Notes under the pieces: model-generated
Databases searched by the model: none
What the model was told of the DNA's origin: nothing
The model's input: the letters and a program-made list of their open reading frames with translations, nothing else
Translations under genes and position numbers: made by a program
Shown: positions 11,491 through 24,260 of the stretch, piece by piece
How the letters are laid out: every line of letters starts with the position of its first letter
How positions within the stretch are numbered: the first letter of the stretch is position 1
NCBI GenBank assembly: GCA_036785375.1
Contig: JAWMAR010000329.1
Location: 2,046,001-2,110,000 of the forward strand
Direction: 5' to 3'
Source: Leucoraja ocellata
Lineage: Eukaryota
DNA length: 64,000 nt

Positions 11491-13011
11491 GTTCTAATGA
11501 AGAGGGAGCAGCTCCATCGAAATACATTGCAAGACTTATTGCACTTATTATTTACTATTTACATAATATGGCTCCAGGAGATTCCTTAACTGAGCGTGAA
11601 TCAGTAGCTAAATGTGCTTCAACTTGGAACAGCAGCTGCACACTACAGTCCCCAGCCAGCACAGTAGGGGAACAGCCCACCCTGGATTGCAGCTGGGTGA
11701 GAAATTGGAAGGATGAGCCGAGCGTTAAGACCAAATTCAATAATATTTGGGAGATGGGATTAGGTGACATGGTTGATCCGGAAACTGGATAAACTGCTGC
11801 CAAATGCATGGAAGTTAACTGGCGTTGGTATTTTCAAGGGAAAGCTGTGTTAAATACTTGAGGAAGCTAGAGTGGTTTCATATGGCAGAGGAAGTTCATG
11901 AAGAGCATGAGATTGAGGTATAAAAGTAGCAGTGTGTTTATGATGTACCATGAAGAAGCTGCAGTTCAGGAAATAAGCCATCATCTTTTTATCGGCATTA
12001 TTTATGATGGAAAGCACATAAAAACATCAATTTCAATTTTTTAAAGCTTTTCTCCAACAGTAAAATAATTCCATATGCCCTTTGTAATTAATACATGACA
12101 TTCTAAAATTTTAGATGAAGCAGAGATTATTAATTTTCCAACTTTTTTTGTTGTTTCTATGCAATAAAGCCTATATTTGGTCTTTTTGCTAAATGATTTT
12201 TACAAGACGAACCATCATTTTTAGAACTCCGCATCTCCAAATTTAATATCACTGAAACGCTGTTCTTAAAATATCTTTTAGATCTCCAGTTTGATGGCTT
12301 AAATGAAATTCAGTATTGTTACTAATGTCATTGAGGTATTTAGCAGAAGTATAACTGATATCACAAAAATATTTTCCACTTCTCAACTCAGGATAGTAGC
12401 TGGCTTCCATCAAAACATAACAGCAGATGGGAAATATCGTACGGTTTTCTGAATTTCCTCATCAATCCGCTCCGTATGTTAAGAAAAAAAGAACAGTTGG
12501 TTGACCATGAACTGCTTTTGTCATGGACATAAATATCAGTTACTTCTCAACTGCACAGTAATAAGAAGTACAGTTGAGAAGTGGCTGACTTTAGTAATTT
12601 TACCAGGCTGTAGCCTCAGTGAGTCAACAACCAAAATAGAACGGGCAGGTTTACTTGGGTAAAACCCTCTATAATTGTGGGATTCATCTTTTGCTTAAAA
12701 TAAACTGTGCCTAAAACAAGGCTACAGGAATTTGTAGAAATAAGGAACTGCAGATGCTGGCTTATGGGGGAAAAAAATACACAAAGTTCTGGAATATCTC
12801 AGCAGGTCAGGCAGCATCTCTGGAGAACATGGATAGGCAATGTTTCAGGTTGAGAGCCTTCTTCAGACTGATTGTGGGGGAGGGGGGTGGCTACAGGAAT
12901 TTGATTTGATTTGGGCATGAAGTACATGTAGGTATATTGTCAGTGTTGTTTTGTGTGCCTTCTTTCACAATAAGGCTATTACAATATTTTTTCTGTTATG
13001 TTCCTTCTTAG

Positions 13012-13245
13012 GCATTACAAAAAGACATGCAATCACGCGCTGCTGCTATGGAGGATGTAATCAAGGCAACAGAACACTTATTACATGAGAATGAGGGAAA
13101 GCTAGGTACTGAAGAATTGGCAAAAGTTGAAACAAAACTATTGGAAGTTAAGGCTCAGCACAAAGTCTTGAGTCAAAGTGCCGAGAAACTTCAGAAACAA
13201 GTAGACAGTGCCTTAACGAAAGCTGTGCAGCAGGAAACAGAAAAG
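13012..13245 (+). CDS. MACF1: MACF1 spectrin-repeat exon (ALQKDMQSR...AVQQETEK)
   Basis: CTTCTTAG acceptor, AAG|GTAAC donor, 234 nt. The QQETEK end matches MACF1. Confidence 0.92.
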
Positions 13246-14220
13246 GTAACACCCACCAGAAAATCGATCGAAGTCAGTACAGTACCCCCACATTATAATG
13301 GTAGATTGTAACCCCATGTTACTGCTCACGGGGTATCAAAAATTCCCCCTTATGGACTTTACAAGTGACTACTAGAACGTTTAAGATACAGAAAACATTT
13401 TGCTCTTATGTAATTTGTGCGGAAAAGTAGCGAAACAAACACAAAATGTGAAAATAACAACGAATTGTGGCGATTTTGTCAAGGGTTCCCATTTCAGAAC
13501 TTTGTAATTACAGCATTTTCTAGGACGGCAATGCCACCCATAACTGGGTATACTGTACTGTAATGCAACAGCAGTTTTATACTAATCAAATGCTCAAACA
13601 GTGTTATAGAATAGAGGTGAAGGAGCCGCAAATGTATCTAATGTTTGTTGCTTCCTGTTTTTTCGAGTTGCCAGGGAAATGGTCATTTGTTGATGCTAAT
13701 ACCAAGTTTAGAAATAATAATCCAGGGAATTATGTAAATGCAGTGAATAAGTGCATAAACGTTTTGTAATTGTAATGAGGGAGAAAACCAGAATGGTGGT
13801 GAAGTAACTTTACACTGGGATAGAGTAGTTGAGCAGGAGATGGAGATTTGGGGGCTGGGGTTGGGTGGTTGTGGCAGAGATAGAGAGCAAGGGGAAATCA
13901 AGATGGAAAGAAAAGGGTTGAGAGAAAAGATGAGCAAAGTAGGCGGGAGCTGAGAAGGAGGTGGACCAGGAAAGAGAGATGGAGAAAGACAGGGCGTGGA
14001 GAGGGAGCTGAGGAAGAGAGAGTGGGCAAGAACAGATATTTGTCATGTGTGTTTGGTTAGAGAGTGTTGGTGTGTCTCATGTTCAGTGTTTACTATTCCC
14101 CTCCCATTGGACCAACGCTGGCCAAGTCCACGTGTTTGGTCAGCTGAAATGGTCTGCCATGGGCACAGAACCTATTGAAAAGCTTCTTCAACTCATCTGA
14201 CTTACTCATCATCAATCTTG

Positions 14221-14363
14221 GTGTGGGAGATTGCAACCTTCACGTGGCCCGCCCTGTTTCGACGAATGCAATCAACCCGGCGTGCACAATCAAATAAGAC
14301 CAAATAGAACAAGTTGTCCTACAACTTTAGGCTGCGCAGGCCATACGCAAGAAGAAGAAGAAG
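14221..14363 (+). mobile_element. 143-bp retroposed element with (AAG)n tail and 13-bp target-site duplication
   Basis: ATCATCAATCTTG (14208-14220) and ATCGTCAATCTTG (14364-14376) flank a CpG-retaining body ending in AAG repeats. Confidence 0.8.
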
Positions 14364-14489
14364 ATCGTCAATCTTGAGGATTTCCCCCAAAGACGAAAAG
14401 AAAATGTTTAAATTCTACCTAAACTTTGTAAAACATCAGAACTTCTATGAAATTTATATCTCTGAGCTAACAGAATTTTGTGATTGCAG

Positions 14490-14738
14490 GCAAAAGCAGA
14501 AGAGGAACTTGAAGAAAATAAGGTTAAGATCGATGGTCTGTTGGAGTGGCTGTCATCCGTGGGGCAGCAGACAGCCACATATTACCCTCACATGCGGCCT
14601 CGTGAGGTCAGAGACCGCCTTGGTGAAGATGAAATTGATGCTTTAGGAAATGGTGTACGGCCACGAGACCGGGACGATGTAATGGATACTACCGCTGGGA
14701 AGGGTGGAAACCTGAACCAGCAGCAACAGGCATTGAAG
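14490..14738 (+). CDS. MACF1: MACF1 exon (AKAEEELEENKVKIDGLLEWL...QQALK)
   Basis: TGCAG acceptor, AAG|GTATG donor, 249 nt. Resembles ELAENKKKIDALLDWV. Confidence 0.92.
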
Positions 14739-15404
14739 GTATGAACACTCATGCTTTAACTCCCCTGATTTAGTCATCCTCAATCTGGAACATTTCCCTA
14801 AAATAATGAGAGAATGATTAAATGCTCCCAACATTTTGAAAACTATCGATACTTTAGACAAGTGCTTGTTTGAACAATTACAATCACAAATAAAAGAAAA
14901 TCTCTGCTCTATTGTTTTGACCCCAATGTCAAATTGGAATGGTATTGAGTTCAATCGATGACTTGTGGCCAGTTATAGGAAGGATGCCATTATGTTGGAA
15001 CAGATGTAGAAAGATTCACGAGGTTGTGGATTTGAGTTATAGGCAGAGATTGGATCGGCTGCAACATTTATCTTTGGAGTAAGGAAGCAGATGGGAGACC
15101 ATATTCAGATGTCCAAGATCATGAGGGGAATGGATAAGGTGAATGCTCAGTCTTTTTTCCCAGGGTAGAGGATTCTAACACCAGAGGACATAGACATCAC
15201 CTAATCCCATCATGATAAAAGTAATTCAGTCATTATTATGATAATACTATTTAAAATTACAAAATTTCAATTAGAAACAGATCTGCAATGTGAATGTTTG
15301 ATGTGTTTTTCTATATGCTGATTTTTTTGTCAGGAAACTTGATATCTTGTTTCTTGTATTTGTAAGAAACTTGATATCTTGATATATTGTATTTATACTA
15401 AATT

Positions 15405-16230
15405 AGAGTCAGAGAGTCATGCAGCATGGAAACAGGCCCTTCAGCCCATTTTGCCCATGTCAACCAAGATGCCCCATCTCCACTAGTCCCTCCTGCCTGT
15501 GTTTGGTCCATATCTCTTTAAATCATTCATATCGATGTACCTGTCCAAATGTTTTTGAAATATTGTTATGGTATCTGCCTCAACTACCACCTCTGGCAGC
15601 TCATTCCATATACCCACCACCCTCTGATTAAAACGATTGTCCCTCAGATTCCTATTTAATCTTTCCCCTCTCACCTTAAACCTGTATCTTCTAGTTCTTG
15701 ATTCCCCTACTCTGGGTGAAATACTCTCTGCATCTACTCTATGTAGTATGATCCTCATAATCTAAAACACCTCTATGAGATCACTCCTCATCCTCATGTA
15801 CTTTAAGGAATAAAGTCCTAGCTTGCCCAATCTGACTATAGCTCAGGCCCTCCAGTCCTGGCAACATCCTCGTAAATCTTCTCTGCACACTTTCAAGCTT
15901 AAAAAACGATTTCTTATAAGCAGAGTGACCAAACTGAACACAAATGTGACCTCACCAGCACCTTGTACAGCAGTAACATCCCAACTACTACACTCAGTAC
16001 CTAGACCGGTGAAGCCGAAAGCTGCCTTAACCACCCTGTCTACCTGTGACACCACTTTCAAGGAACTATTTACTTGCACTCCTAGGTCCCTCTGCTCTAC
16101 AACCCTCCCCAGGGTCCTGCCATTCACTGTGATGGTCCTGCCCTTGTTTGATTTTCCAAAATGCTCTATCTCGCATTCATCTGCAATAAACTCAATTTGC
16201 CATTCCTCAGCCAACTTGCCCAGCTGATCA
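15405..16230 (-). mobile_element. CR1 LINE 3' fragment (post-RT region and tail)
   Basis: WQIEF..ECEIEHFG, RDLGV and FNQRVVGIWNELP motifs, frameshifted. Confidence 0.9.
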
Positions 16231-16259
16231 AATTGAAACTAAATCCCCAAGATATTTTC

Positions 16260-16550
16260 AGTTTAGCTTTGTTTACAGATACAGTGCAGAAACAGGCCCT
16301 TGAGCCCACCGAGTCCGCACCGACCAGCGACCCCCGTACACAAGCACTATCCTACACACTGGGGCCAATTTTACCAAAGCTAAGTCATCTACAAACCTGT
16401 ACTTTTTTGGAATGTGGTAGGAAACTGGAGCATCTGGAGAAAACCCACGCAATAACAGGGAGAATGTCCAAACTCCATTCAAACAGCACCAGTAGTCGGG
16501 ATCGGACCCGGGTCACTGGTGCTGCAAGGCAGCAACTCCACCTCTGCTAT
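16260..16550 (-). mobile_element. tRNA-derived SINE, near full length
   Basis: AGATACAG..GAAACAGGCCCTT tail through GGCAGCAACTC head, reverse orientation. Confidence 0.85.
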
Positions 16551-16596
16551 CTAAGAACAATGTAAATGAACCAAGTACACTTTGACTTTTGTTTAG

Positions 16597-16825
16597 GAAC
16601 ATCATGAAACGTTGCTGTCACAGCAACAAGCGTTTGTATTGGCGACACAGTCAGCTCAGTCCTTTCTGGATAAGCATGGCCACAATCTTTCACCAGAAGA
16701 GAGAAAACAACTGCAGAGTAACTTGAACGATTTGAAGGAACAGTTTGAGACGGCGCTGTTACATGCAGACTCTCAGCTGAAATATGTTCACGCTTTGCAG
16801 GAAGAACTCCAAAAATTTCAGAAAG
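16597..16825 (+). CDS. MACF1: MACF1 exon (EHHETLLSQQQAFVLATQSAQSFL...QKFQK), phase 0-1
   Basis: TTTAG acceptor, G|GTAAG donor. Highly conserved LLSQQQxFxLATQSAQxFL. Confidence 0.95.
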
Positions 16826-16974
16826 GTAAGTTAAAGAATTCCTTTGTTTTCCACACTTCAATTCAAGGTCTATTTACTGAAAATTGAGAAGAATTATAAC
16901 TGTGATGACAGAAAACTGCATGTGGTTTAAAATAACATGATCTGGAAATTAGCTTTAATAATTCTTGCCAGATA

Positions 16975-17530
16975 GTTTAGTTTAGTTCAGAGATACAGCG
17001 TGGATACAGTGTGGAAACAGGCCCTTTGGCCCAACAATCCGTGTCGACTAATGATTTTCCCAGTTCTCACTAGTGCTATGTCATCCTAGTTTCGCATCCT
17101 ACGCACCAGGGGCAATTTACAGAATAATAATAATAATAATAATAATATAATAATATCTTTTATTGTCATTGCACATAAGTGCAACGAGATTTGGGCTTGC
17201 AGCTTCCATCCAAAATGTCATAACTTAAATAACTAATTAAATTTAGATTTAGATACCCCGAGAAAAATGGTTTGTAAAAAGAACATTACAACAGTAAAAC
17301 AGATCAAACAGAATAAAGTGCAGATGTGTCTGTGCAACGTGACCATCCGAGGGAGATACTACAAATCTGCACGTGTTTGGAATGTGGGAGGAAACCTGAG
17401 CACCTGGAAAAAGCCCACATGGTCACAAGGAGAACGTACAAGCTCCATACAGACAGCACTTGTAGTGAGGAAGGACCTCGGGTCTTTGGCGCAGTAAGGC
17501 GGCAACCCTACCGCTGCGCCACTGTACCGC
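16975..17530 (-). mobile_element. SINE split by a nested (AAT)n-tailed retroelement fragment (about 17123-17357)
   Basis: SINE halves 16975-17122 and 17358-17530 are collinear with intact copies. Confidence 0.75.
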
Positions 17531-17640
17531 GAGTAAAGTCTATGTGATTTGGGACATTTTCTGACTAATTTCCAGAGCTCCAAAGCATTTTGTGGTCACC
17601 ATCTTCAATATTTGATAACCATCTTAATTTCTTTTATTAG

Positions 17641-17957
17641 ATCATGGTGAATTTGAGACCTGGCTAATTCAGTCTGAGCATGAACTAGAAGAGATAAAAG
17701 CAGGTGAAATGGACTCTGATTCATTGCAAGTCAAGTTGCAGAAGCAGAAGGGTTTCTCTGAAGATGTTATTTCTCACAAAGGAGATCTAAGATATATCAC
17801 TATCTCTGGGCAAAAAGTCTTGGATGCGGCAGATGTCTTTGCAGAAGCTAATGCAAATGAAGATTTTAAGAGCCCAATTGACCCATCTGTAACCCGCACA
17901 CTGGTGAACGAGAAGTTAGAAGATGCCAAAAATCGCTACAGCACACTTCATTCAAAA
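17641..17957 (+). CDS. MACF1: MACF1 exon (DHGEFETWL...FSEDVISHKGDLRYITISGQKVLD...LHSK), phase 1-0
   Basis: TTTTATTAG acceptor, GTATG donor. FSEDVISHKGDLR is a spectraplakin signature. Confidence 0.95.
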
Positions 17958-18294
17958 GTATGACTTCTTTCATTTTCTTAATATAATGGCATTTGAAGTC
18001 TTGCATTGTATTTGAAATTTTCAATTATGCCTAAGCTCAGTGCATTAATATGCATTGAGAAAGACTAACAGAATGATGTACATTTTAATCCGGTTAGAGG
18101 AAGTGTGGTAACTTGTGACGGTTCACTAAGTAATACTGGTAATGACCAGTCACCATTCTCAGGTGATCAAAGCATTATGCATCTCCCTTACTGGCCCAAC
18201 ACACTTTGATGAAACAGAGACCATTGCAAGGATTAATCATGAGATAATACAAGTGGTCTAATTTCTTTTAGAGAAAACACTAATAATGTTCCTG

Positions 18295-18670
18295 ATAGAC
18301 ACAAAAAGCTGTAGTCACTCAGTGGGTCAGGCATCATCTCTGGGGGAAAAAAAGAATAGGTGAAGTTTTGGGTCAAATCCCTTCTTCAGACTGAGAGTCA
18401 GGGGAAAGGGAAACAAGGTATAGACGGTGATTTAGAGAAATACAGAACAGAAAAGGTTGCAAAAGGCAACAATTATCAAGGACAGGTAGAGCCCACAATA
18501 GTCCATTGTTGGTTGTGGGCTTAGTGATAACGAGTTACACAGACGGTGAAGCTCAACTAGATGTCAATGAAACTAGTACGACGACTTAGGCGGAGGAGGG
18601 ACGGAGAGAGAGGGGATGCAAGGGTTACTTGAGGTTTGGGAAATCAATATTCGTACTGCTGGGTTGTATT
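18295..18670 (-). mobile_element. Penelope-like element 3' end (GIY-YIG C-terminus and terminal repeat)
   Basis: The reverse strand near 18625-18668 encodes QPSSTNIDFPNLK*, like the PxGxN end of PLE endonucleases, followed by the same terminal repeat found in the fold-backs. Confidence 0.7.
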
Positions 18671-18714
18671 CAGCGGTTTATTGGAATGAATATAATTCCT
18701 AAAAGATTGACACG

Positions 18715-18915
18715 ACAAACTAGAGAAGCTCAGCAGGACAGGCAACATCTCTCGAGAGAAGGAATCGGTGACATTTTGTGTCGAGACCCTTCTTCAGACC
18801 CGACCCGAAACGTCACCCATTCCTTCTTTTCAGAGGTGCTGCCTGTCCCGCTGAGTTACTCCAGCTTTTTGTGTCTCTCTTTGGTTTAAACTAGCATCTG
18901 CAGTTCCTTCTTACA
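18715..18915. repeat. Penelope-terminal-repeat fold-back
   Basis: Inverted arms around 18790-18805. Confidence 0.8.
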
Positions 18916-19209
18916 CAATATAATTCCTAAAGCCAGCGCAGATCAAATGGTTCTGAATTATTATAATTGAATCCTTTGCTTCTAACTTTGGTGTGCATTG
19001 AATGTTGCCTTTTCATCTATAGTTCTCAAAAAAATGATGCAGGCAGCATCCAATTCTCGATGGTCTTTGACTAACATTAGTTTTTGCAATGGACCAGTAA
19101 CATATTGCGTGAGCCATTTTGGAGAGGTTGAACACTCGATACTTGGCAGCATTTCACCAAAATTGAGGGTTTTAAAAATCTATATAATTTTTTTTTTTTT
19201 GGTTAACAG

Positions 19210-19386
19210 TGCAATAAACTTGGCACTCACCTTGCCAATATGTTGGAGAAATATCAACATTTCCATGACATTGCCAGTGAGCTGAATTCATGGCTGGAGA
19301 ACTCGGAGGCAACTGGAGATAGGCTTCTGTTGGAAACTATTTCTTCTGATCCAGAAAGCTTACAGAAACACCTTGCAGAAATCAAG
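19210..19386 (+). CDS. MACF1: MACF1 exon (CNKLGTHL...SDPESLQKHLAEIK)
   Basis: Poly-T and AACAG acceptor, AAG|GTAAT donor, 177 nt. Confidence 0.93.
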
Positions 19387-20532
19387 GTAATCAAAGTTGT
19401 TTTTTTCTATAAATTGCTGCATAATATTACTTTTTCTGAATTATAAGTAGAAATGTGAATGTCTTGAAATAATGTTAAAATGCACCTCAGACAATAGGAA
19501 TTGAGGCCAGATGGAAGGTTTGATATTTGGAATAGTATTGTGGGCCACACTAAATTTAGTTCCATTTTTGTTTCAATGAAGAAACAAGGAACTGCAGATG
19601 CTGGTTTACAAAAAATAACACAAAGTGCTGGAATTACCCAGTGGATAAGGCAGCATCTCTGCAACTGAAGAGTCTGAAGAAGGGGTTCCGACCCAAAACA
19701 TCACCTAACCATGTTCTTCAGAGATGCTGCCCGGCCTGCACTTTGTCTTTTTTTGTTATTTTGGAAGCCTGACAACAAACCTGCAGCATTCTGCTTCTGG
19801 GAAGCTGAACTGCTCTACAATTACAATGGGCATATTTTTAACCTTGTTTTTATGAGCTTCCCGGTGTTTGGGTTACCTGCATGGGCATGCAACTGAGACT
19901 CAGTGATTGGGGACGAAGGTAGCTAATTCTGGATAACCTCAAATTTACAATAGTAGAACAAGGGAGGCCAACAAAGAGCTGATGGACTAATCAGGTCCAG
20001 GAATAACAAAGGATTGCAGCAGAACATGAGGTAAGGTGTCAGAAAGTTGTGACTCAATTTGGGGTCAGATTTGTTTGCAAGATTACAAAAAGTTTAGTTT
20101 AATCCAAATAAATATGGAGTTAGTAGTTATGCACATGGAATTTGCAACAGAAAGGCAAATCAGTGGCGCCAGTTTTCACAATATCGGAGAGTATTGCTGC
20201 TCGTTCAGTCAGAGAAGCAGCCTGACCATTGAGTTACAGTAAATGAGTTGGGGTTTGACGATGGTGAAGTGGAAGCTGTGTGCTGTCAATGTAGAACTTA
20301 GTGTCACGTACTTGGCCGTGGTTATCGAGGGCATCACCCATTTGATTAAGGCACAAGAGACTGTAGGTGCTGGAAACTGGGGCTAAAAAAGAGCTGATGG
20401 AGGAACTCAGCAGGTCAGGAAGGAAATAGACAGACAGCATTTTGGATCTAGATCCTTCATCTGAACGACAAGAGTAGAGGGGAGATGTTCAGTATAAAAA
20501 AATCTGACTAACCTGCCAATCAACCCCATCTG

Positions 20533-20770
20533 TGTAGGAAAGAACTGCAGATGCTGGTTTAAATCGAAGATAGACACAAAATGCTAGTTTGTAACTCAGC
20601 GGGACAAGCAGCATCTCCAGAGAAAAGGAATGGGTGCCATTTTGAGTCGAGACCCTTCTACAGATGATCAGTCTGAAGAAGGGTCTTGACCGGAAACGTC
20701 ACCCATTGCTTCCCTCCAGAGATGCTGCTTGTCCCGCTGAGTTACAAACCAGCATTTTGTGTCTATCTTT
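20533..20770. repeat. Penelope-terminal-repeat fold-back
   Basis: GATAGACACAAAATGCT...AGCATTTTGTGTCTATC arms with shared private variants (TTTGTAACTC / GAGTTACAAA). Confidence 0.85.
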
Positions 20771-21997
20771 GAATCAACCCCATCTCATCTGTATCCACCT
20801 AGCTCTTGTCCTACCCTCGCTGTATATTGGCTTTCTCTCCTCTACTCTTTTAGCCCATATGGAAGGTGTAGACACAAAATGCTGACTCTCCATTTCCCCC
20901 CACAGATGCTGAGTTCCTCCAGCAGTTCTCCTTCTGTTTTTGGTACATATTTAATTAATGTGAGAGATCCAGGATAGTAGATGGGAACTTTTGGAGTAAA
21001 GGAACAGGAGCAGAAAACAGTTACTACGTAGAACGCAACCTATTGCAGTCAAATGTTTGTACTTGGTGCTGAAGAGGCAAATGACGGCTTTGGCATTATT
21101 GTGCAAATCTTGCTGCGTTTTAAATCTAAGCTTCAAGTGTTGCATGCGATGCAAACTCTAATAACGTTTTTTAATATTTTCTTCTATCTTGGTATGGTCG
21201 GCAATTATTGGCTATTGATATTTGGCTTACTTTGTTGTTTATAGGGCTAGTCTCATGAAGACTAGCTAAGGATAGTGAGCTCAACAACAACAGGGAATGC
21301 TCACGCATCAGATATGTTTAACACTTACAAACATTCATGATGATCAATGTAGATTTTTGATCTGGTGACATGTTAAAGCTGTGAAGTTAGACAAAAAAGC
21401 TGTGGAAACGCAGCGGGTGAGGCAGCATCTATGGAGCGAAGGGACAAAAATGCTGGAGAAACTGATACTTTTTATTTCAACATGTTTACTGCCAGGTCAA
21501 ATTAGCAGAAAATTGTAAAAAATATACTGTGAAAGGGTATATTTTTTCTTTTATTAGCGTGATATTTTAATAAACCTTCTGAGAACTGCCAGGTATGGTT
21601 ACCTGTCCGCAATCAACCTGAGATTATTTGTCGGTGTGGCAATTCTTAAGTAATGTACTTGGTGCTGAAGAGGACAATGACGACTTCTGCATTATTGTGC
21701 AAATCTAAGTATTCTTAAGCAAATAGATGGGGGACGTTTAAACTAGCCCCGCTCTCGGTCTTCCAATATCCTGTGGCGACTAGGTCCTTGCTAATTCAAG
21801 CAACACTCTCTCCAAAGCAGGCTGTTGGGGATTACTGTGGTGTTTTTACAACATCTTTATCCCAATCTGTATATCTCCATAACGCACCTGGGCAATATCA
21901 AAATACACCAAGCCATCAGTTGAGCTAAGTGGTCCTTTTACAGAGAGAAGGATTCATTTAAATATGAATGAGTTATTGTATAATTTTGCATTTACAG

Positions 21998-22121
21998 GTA
22001 CTTCAGGGAGACCTAGCTGAACATGAAGTCGGCGTAGAAAAGTTACAAAAAGCAGCAAACTCCTTGATGTCCTTGGATGATGACCTTGTTCCAAACCAAG
22101 ATCAAATTCAACTAACGACAG
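21998..22121 (+). CDS. MACF1: MACF1 exon (VLQGDLAEHEVGVEKLQK...QLTT), phase 0-1
   Basis: TTTACAG acceptor, CAG|GTACC donor. Resembles LAEHQVPVEKLQK. Confidence 0.92.
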
Positions 22122-23739
22122 GTACCATTTCAGTATTAGCTGTTTACACCAAAATGTGGTTCTGTAATTGCAACAAATAGGAAATAACGCTGCTTCTCAG
22201 CAAATCATCCATCTTCAATATATATAAATAAAATTGGTGATCCGCCAACCTCTCTATATCTTTATAAAAAATTAATTGTCATTTATAATTCAGGCTTCAA
22301 ATCCTGAGTCATCTTCACATAGTAGATCATAAATCTACTCTCATTTGATTACAGCAATGAAACTTTTCAGGTAAATACAATTATCATCTACAAACGACAG
22401 TGACTGAAATGTTTTAAATAATAATGTAAGTTTTCAAAGTTCAATAATACTTGAGAAATTGCCTTTCTTCACTAAATTGATGGCAGTGATTCAGACATCC
22501 CGAAAGTATTGTAAAATGTGAATTGTATGATGTCTCTGCCAAAGTGGCACATAGTTTATGTGTTAGGTCATATGAAACCATTGCATGAGCAGTAACCTAT
22601 GGTTTAGAATTGTTGGGTTAATCTTCCCTTATTTGGTGTACTGAAAATAAAAATAGCACCAATTGGGAATTCCTGAAGGGAATCAAAGCGATACACTGAT
22701 ATTAGTTGAAGCAACTAATTAGGCTCTAGTTGTGCCTTGACTGAAGCTGTTCATTCAATGCTAAGGACATTATTTGTAAATCTGACAATTTACAAACAAT
22801 AGAAAAAATATAAATATACTGGGAATCTGAAACAAATCAAGAAAACAGACTGGGAATAAAGAATTCAGTCAGGAGTTAAAATGTATAAGGGAAAAATGTT
22901 GACATTTTAATGTTGCTTTTCTTTTTCCAGATGCTCTGTTCACTATTCTACTTTCTACATTTTTTTTGTTTTCTAAATTCCAAGTTGGCTAATATTTCTG
23001 CTAATTTTCTGAAGAATCAATTTACCTTGTATATCAGTTTACAAATGTATCATGGGTAAAGTAAGTGGACAAATGGTTTAATGTTATGCAACGGGAATGT
23101 GGCGAGTGTGAACATCTGGCAGTGATGCAGTCGGGGAAGTATTTGTGACTAACGGCACAAAGGCCCACAATGAGAGGTGATTTTTCATGCTCTGCTGGAA
23201 GTGCAGTGCAGAGACACGCAACCGATCGCCCCAACAGTGCAGAGTGGGCCGCTGCGACCAGGCTTCTGCTGAGAACTTTCGCAGCTGTTATCAGAGCCTG
23301 CCCCGCTGAGCAGAATACTCTTTATGTTTTTTTGCTGCCCCACTTCCCTCCACTCCACCTGCTCCCCTCCTTGACGGGGGGAAAAAACGGTTGAAGTCAA
23401 AGTGGTAATAAAACATTATAAAAAATGTTGCACAGAATTGAATAGTCTAATTGTATTAGACAGAAGATAGACACAAAAGGCTGGAGTAACTCAGCGGGTC
23501 AGACAGCATCTCAGGAGAATAGGAATAGGTGACGTTTCGGGTTGAGACCCTTCTTCAGACTGAGAGTCAGGAATTGTATTCCTCGGTTTCTCTCTCCTCT
23601 CTTATTTTGCATATTCATCCTCCTCTTCCCTGTTCCTCATTTACTCTTATCACACATTACAATCTCACCCCATTCCCTTTTTTCATTCCCTACTCTCCTT
23701 TTTGCTCCCACATTCCCCTTTTAACTTTCCTCCTTATAA

Positions 23740-24260
23740 CATAGAACAGTACAATACAAGAATGGACCCCTTAGCCCACAATGTTTGTACCGAACATAAT
23801 CCCGTCTCGAACATAATCCCTTCTCGTGGAACCCCCCTCGGCTTTAGAACTCTTTATCCAAAACCGCCGTCGCGACATCAACCGCCTCAACTTCTCCACT
23901 CCCCTGTCTCACTCCAATCTCTCCCCCCCTGAACGTACTGCCATCGACTCACTCCGCAACAACCCAGATTGGGCTATCAAAGGCATACTCAATAATCCCA
24001 AATTAAACTGATCGCATCTGCCCATACATGATCCATTTCTGTGTGCCTATATAAAAGCCTCTTAAATACCACTTTCGCATCTGCCTCCTCCACCACCCCG
24101 GCAATACGATCCAGGCACCCACCACTCTCTGTGTAAAACAAAACCTGCCCCGCACATCTCCATTAAACTTTCCCTCTCTCTCACCTTAAAGCTGTGCCCT
24201 CTAGTGCTGGACAATTCCAGCTTGGGGGAAAAAGGTTCTGACTGTCTAGCATATCTATAC
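23740..24260. mobile_element. Minus-strand CR1 tail interrupted by a plus-strand Penelope-like ORF fragment (about 23820-23982)
   Basis: The fragment encodes LELFI..RRDINRL..SNLSPPERTAIDSLRNNPDWAIK, the segment that precedes the ADKG motif of Penelope RTs. Confidence 0.75.

Noticed and set aside
21330-21390. Intronic box C/D snoRNA (ATGATGA)
   Set aside because: No well-placed CTGA D box or terminal stem.
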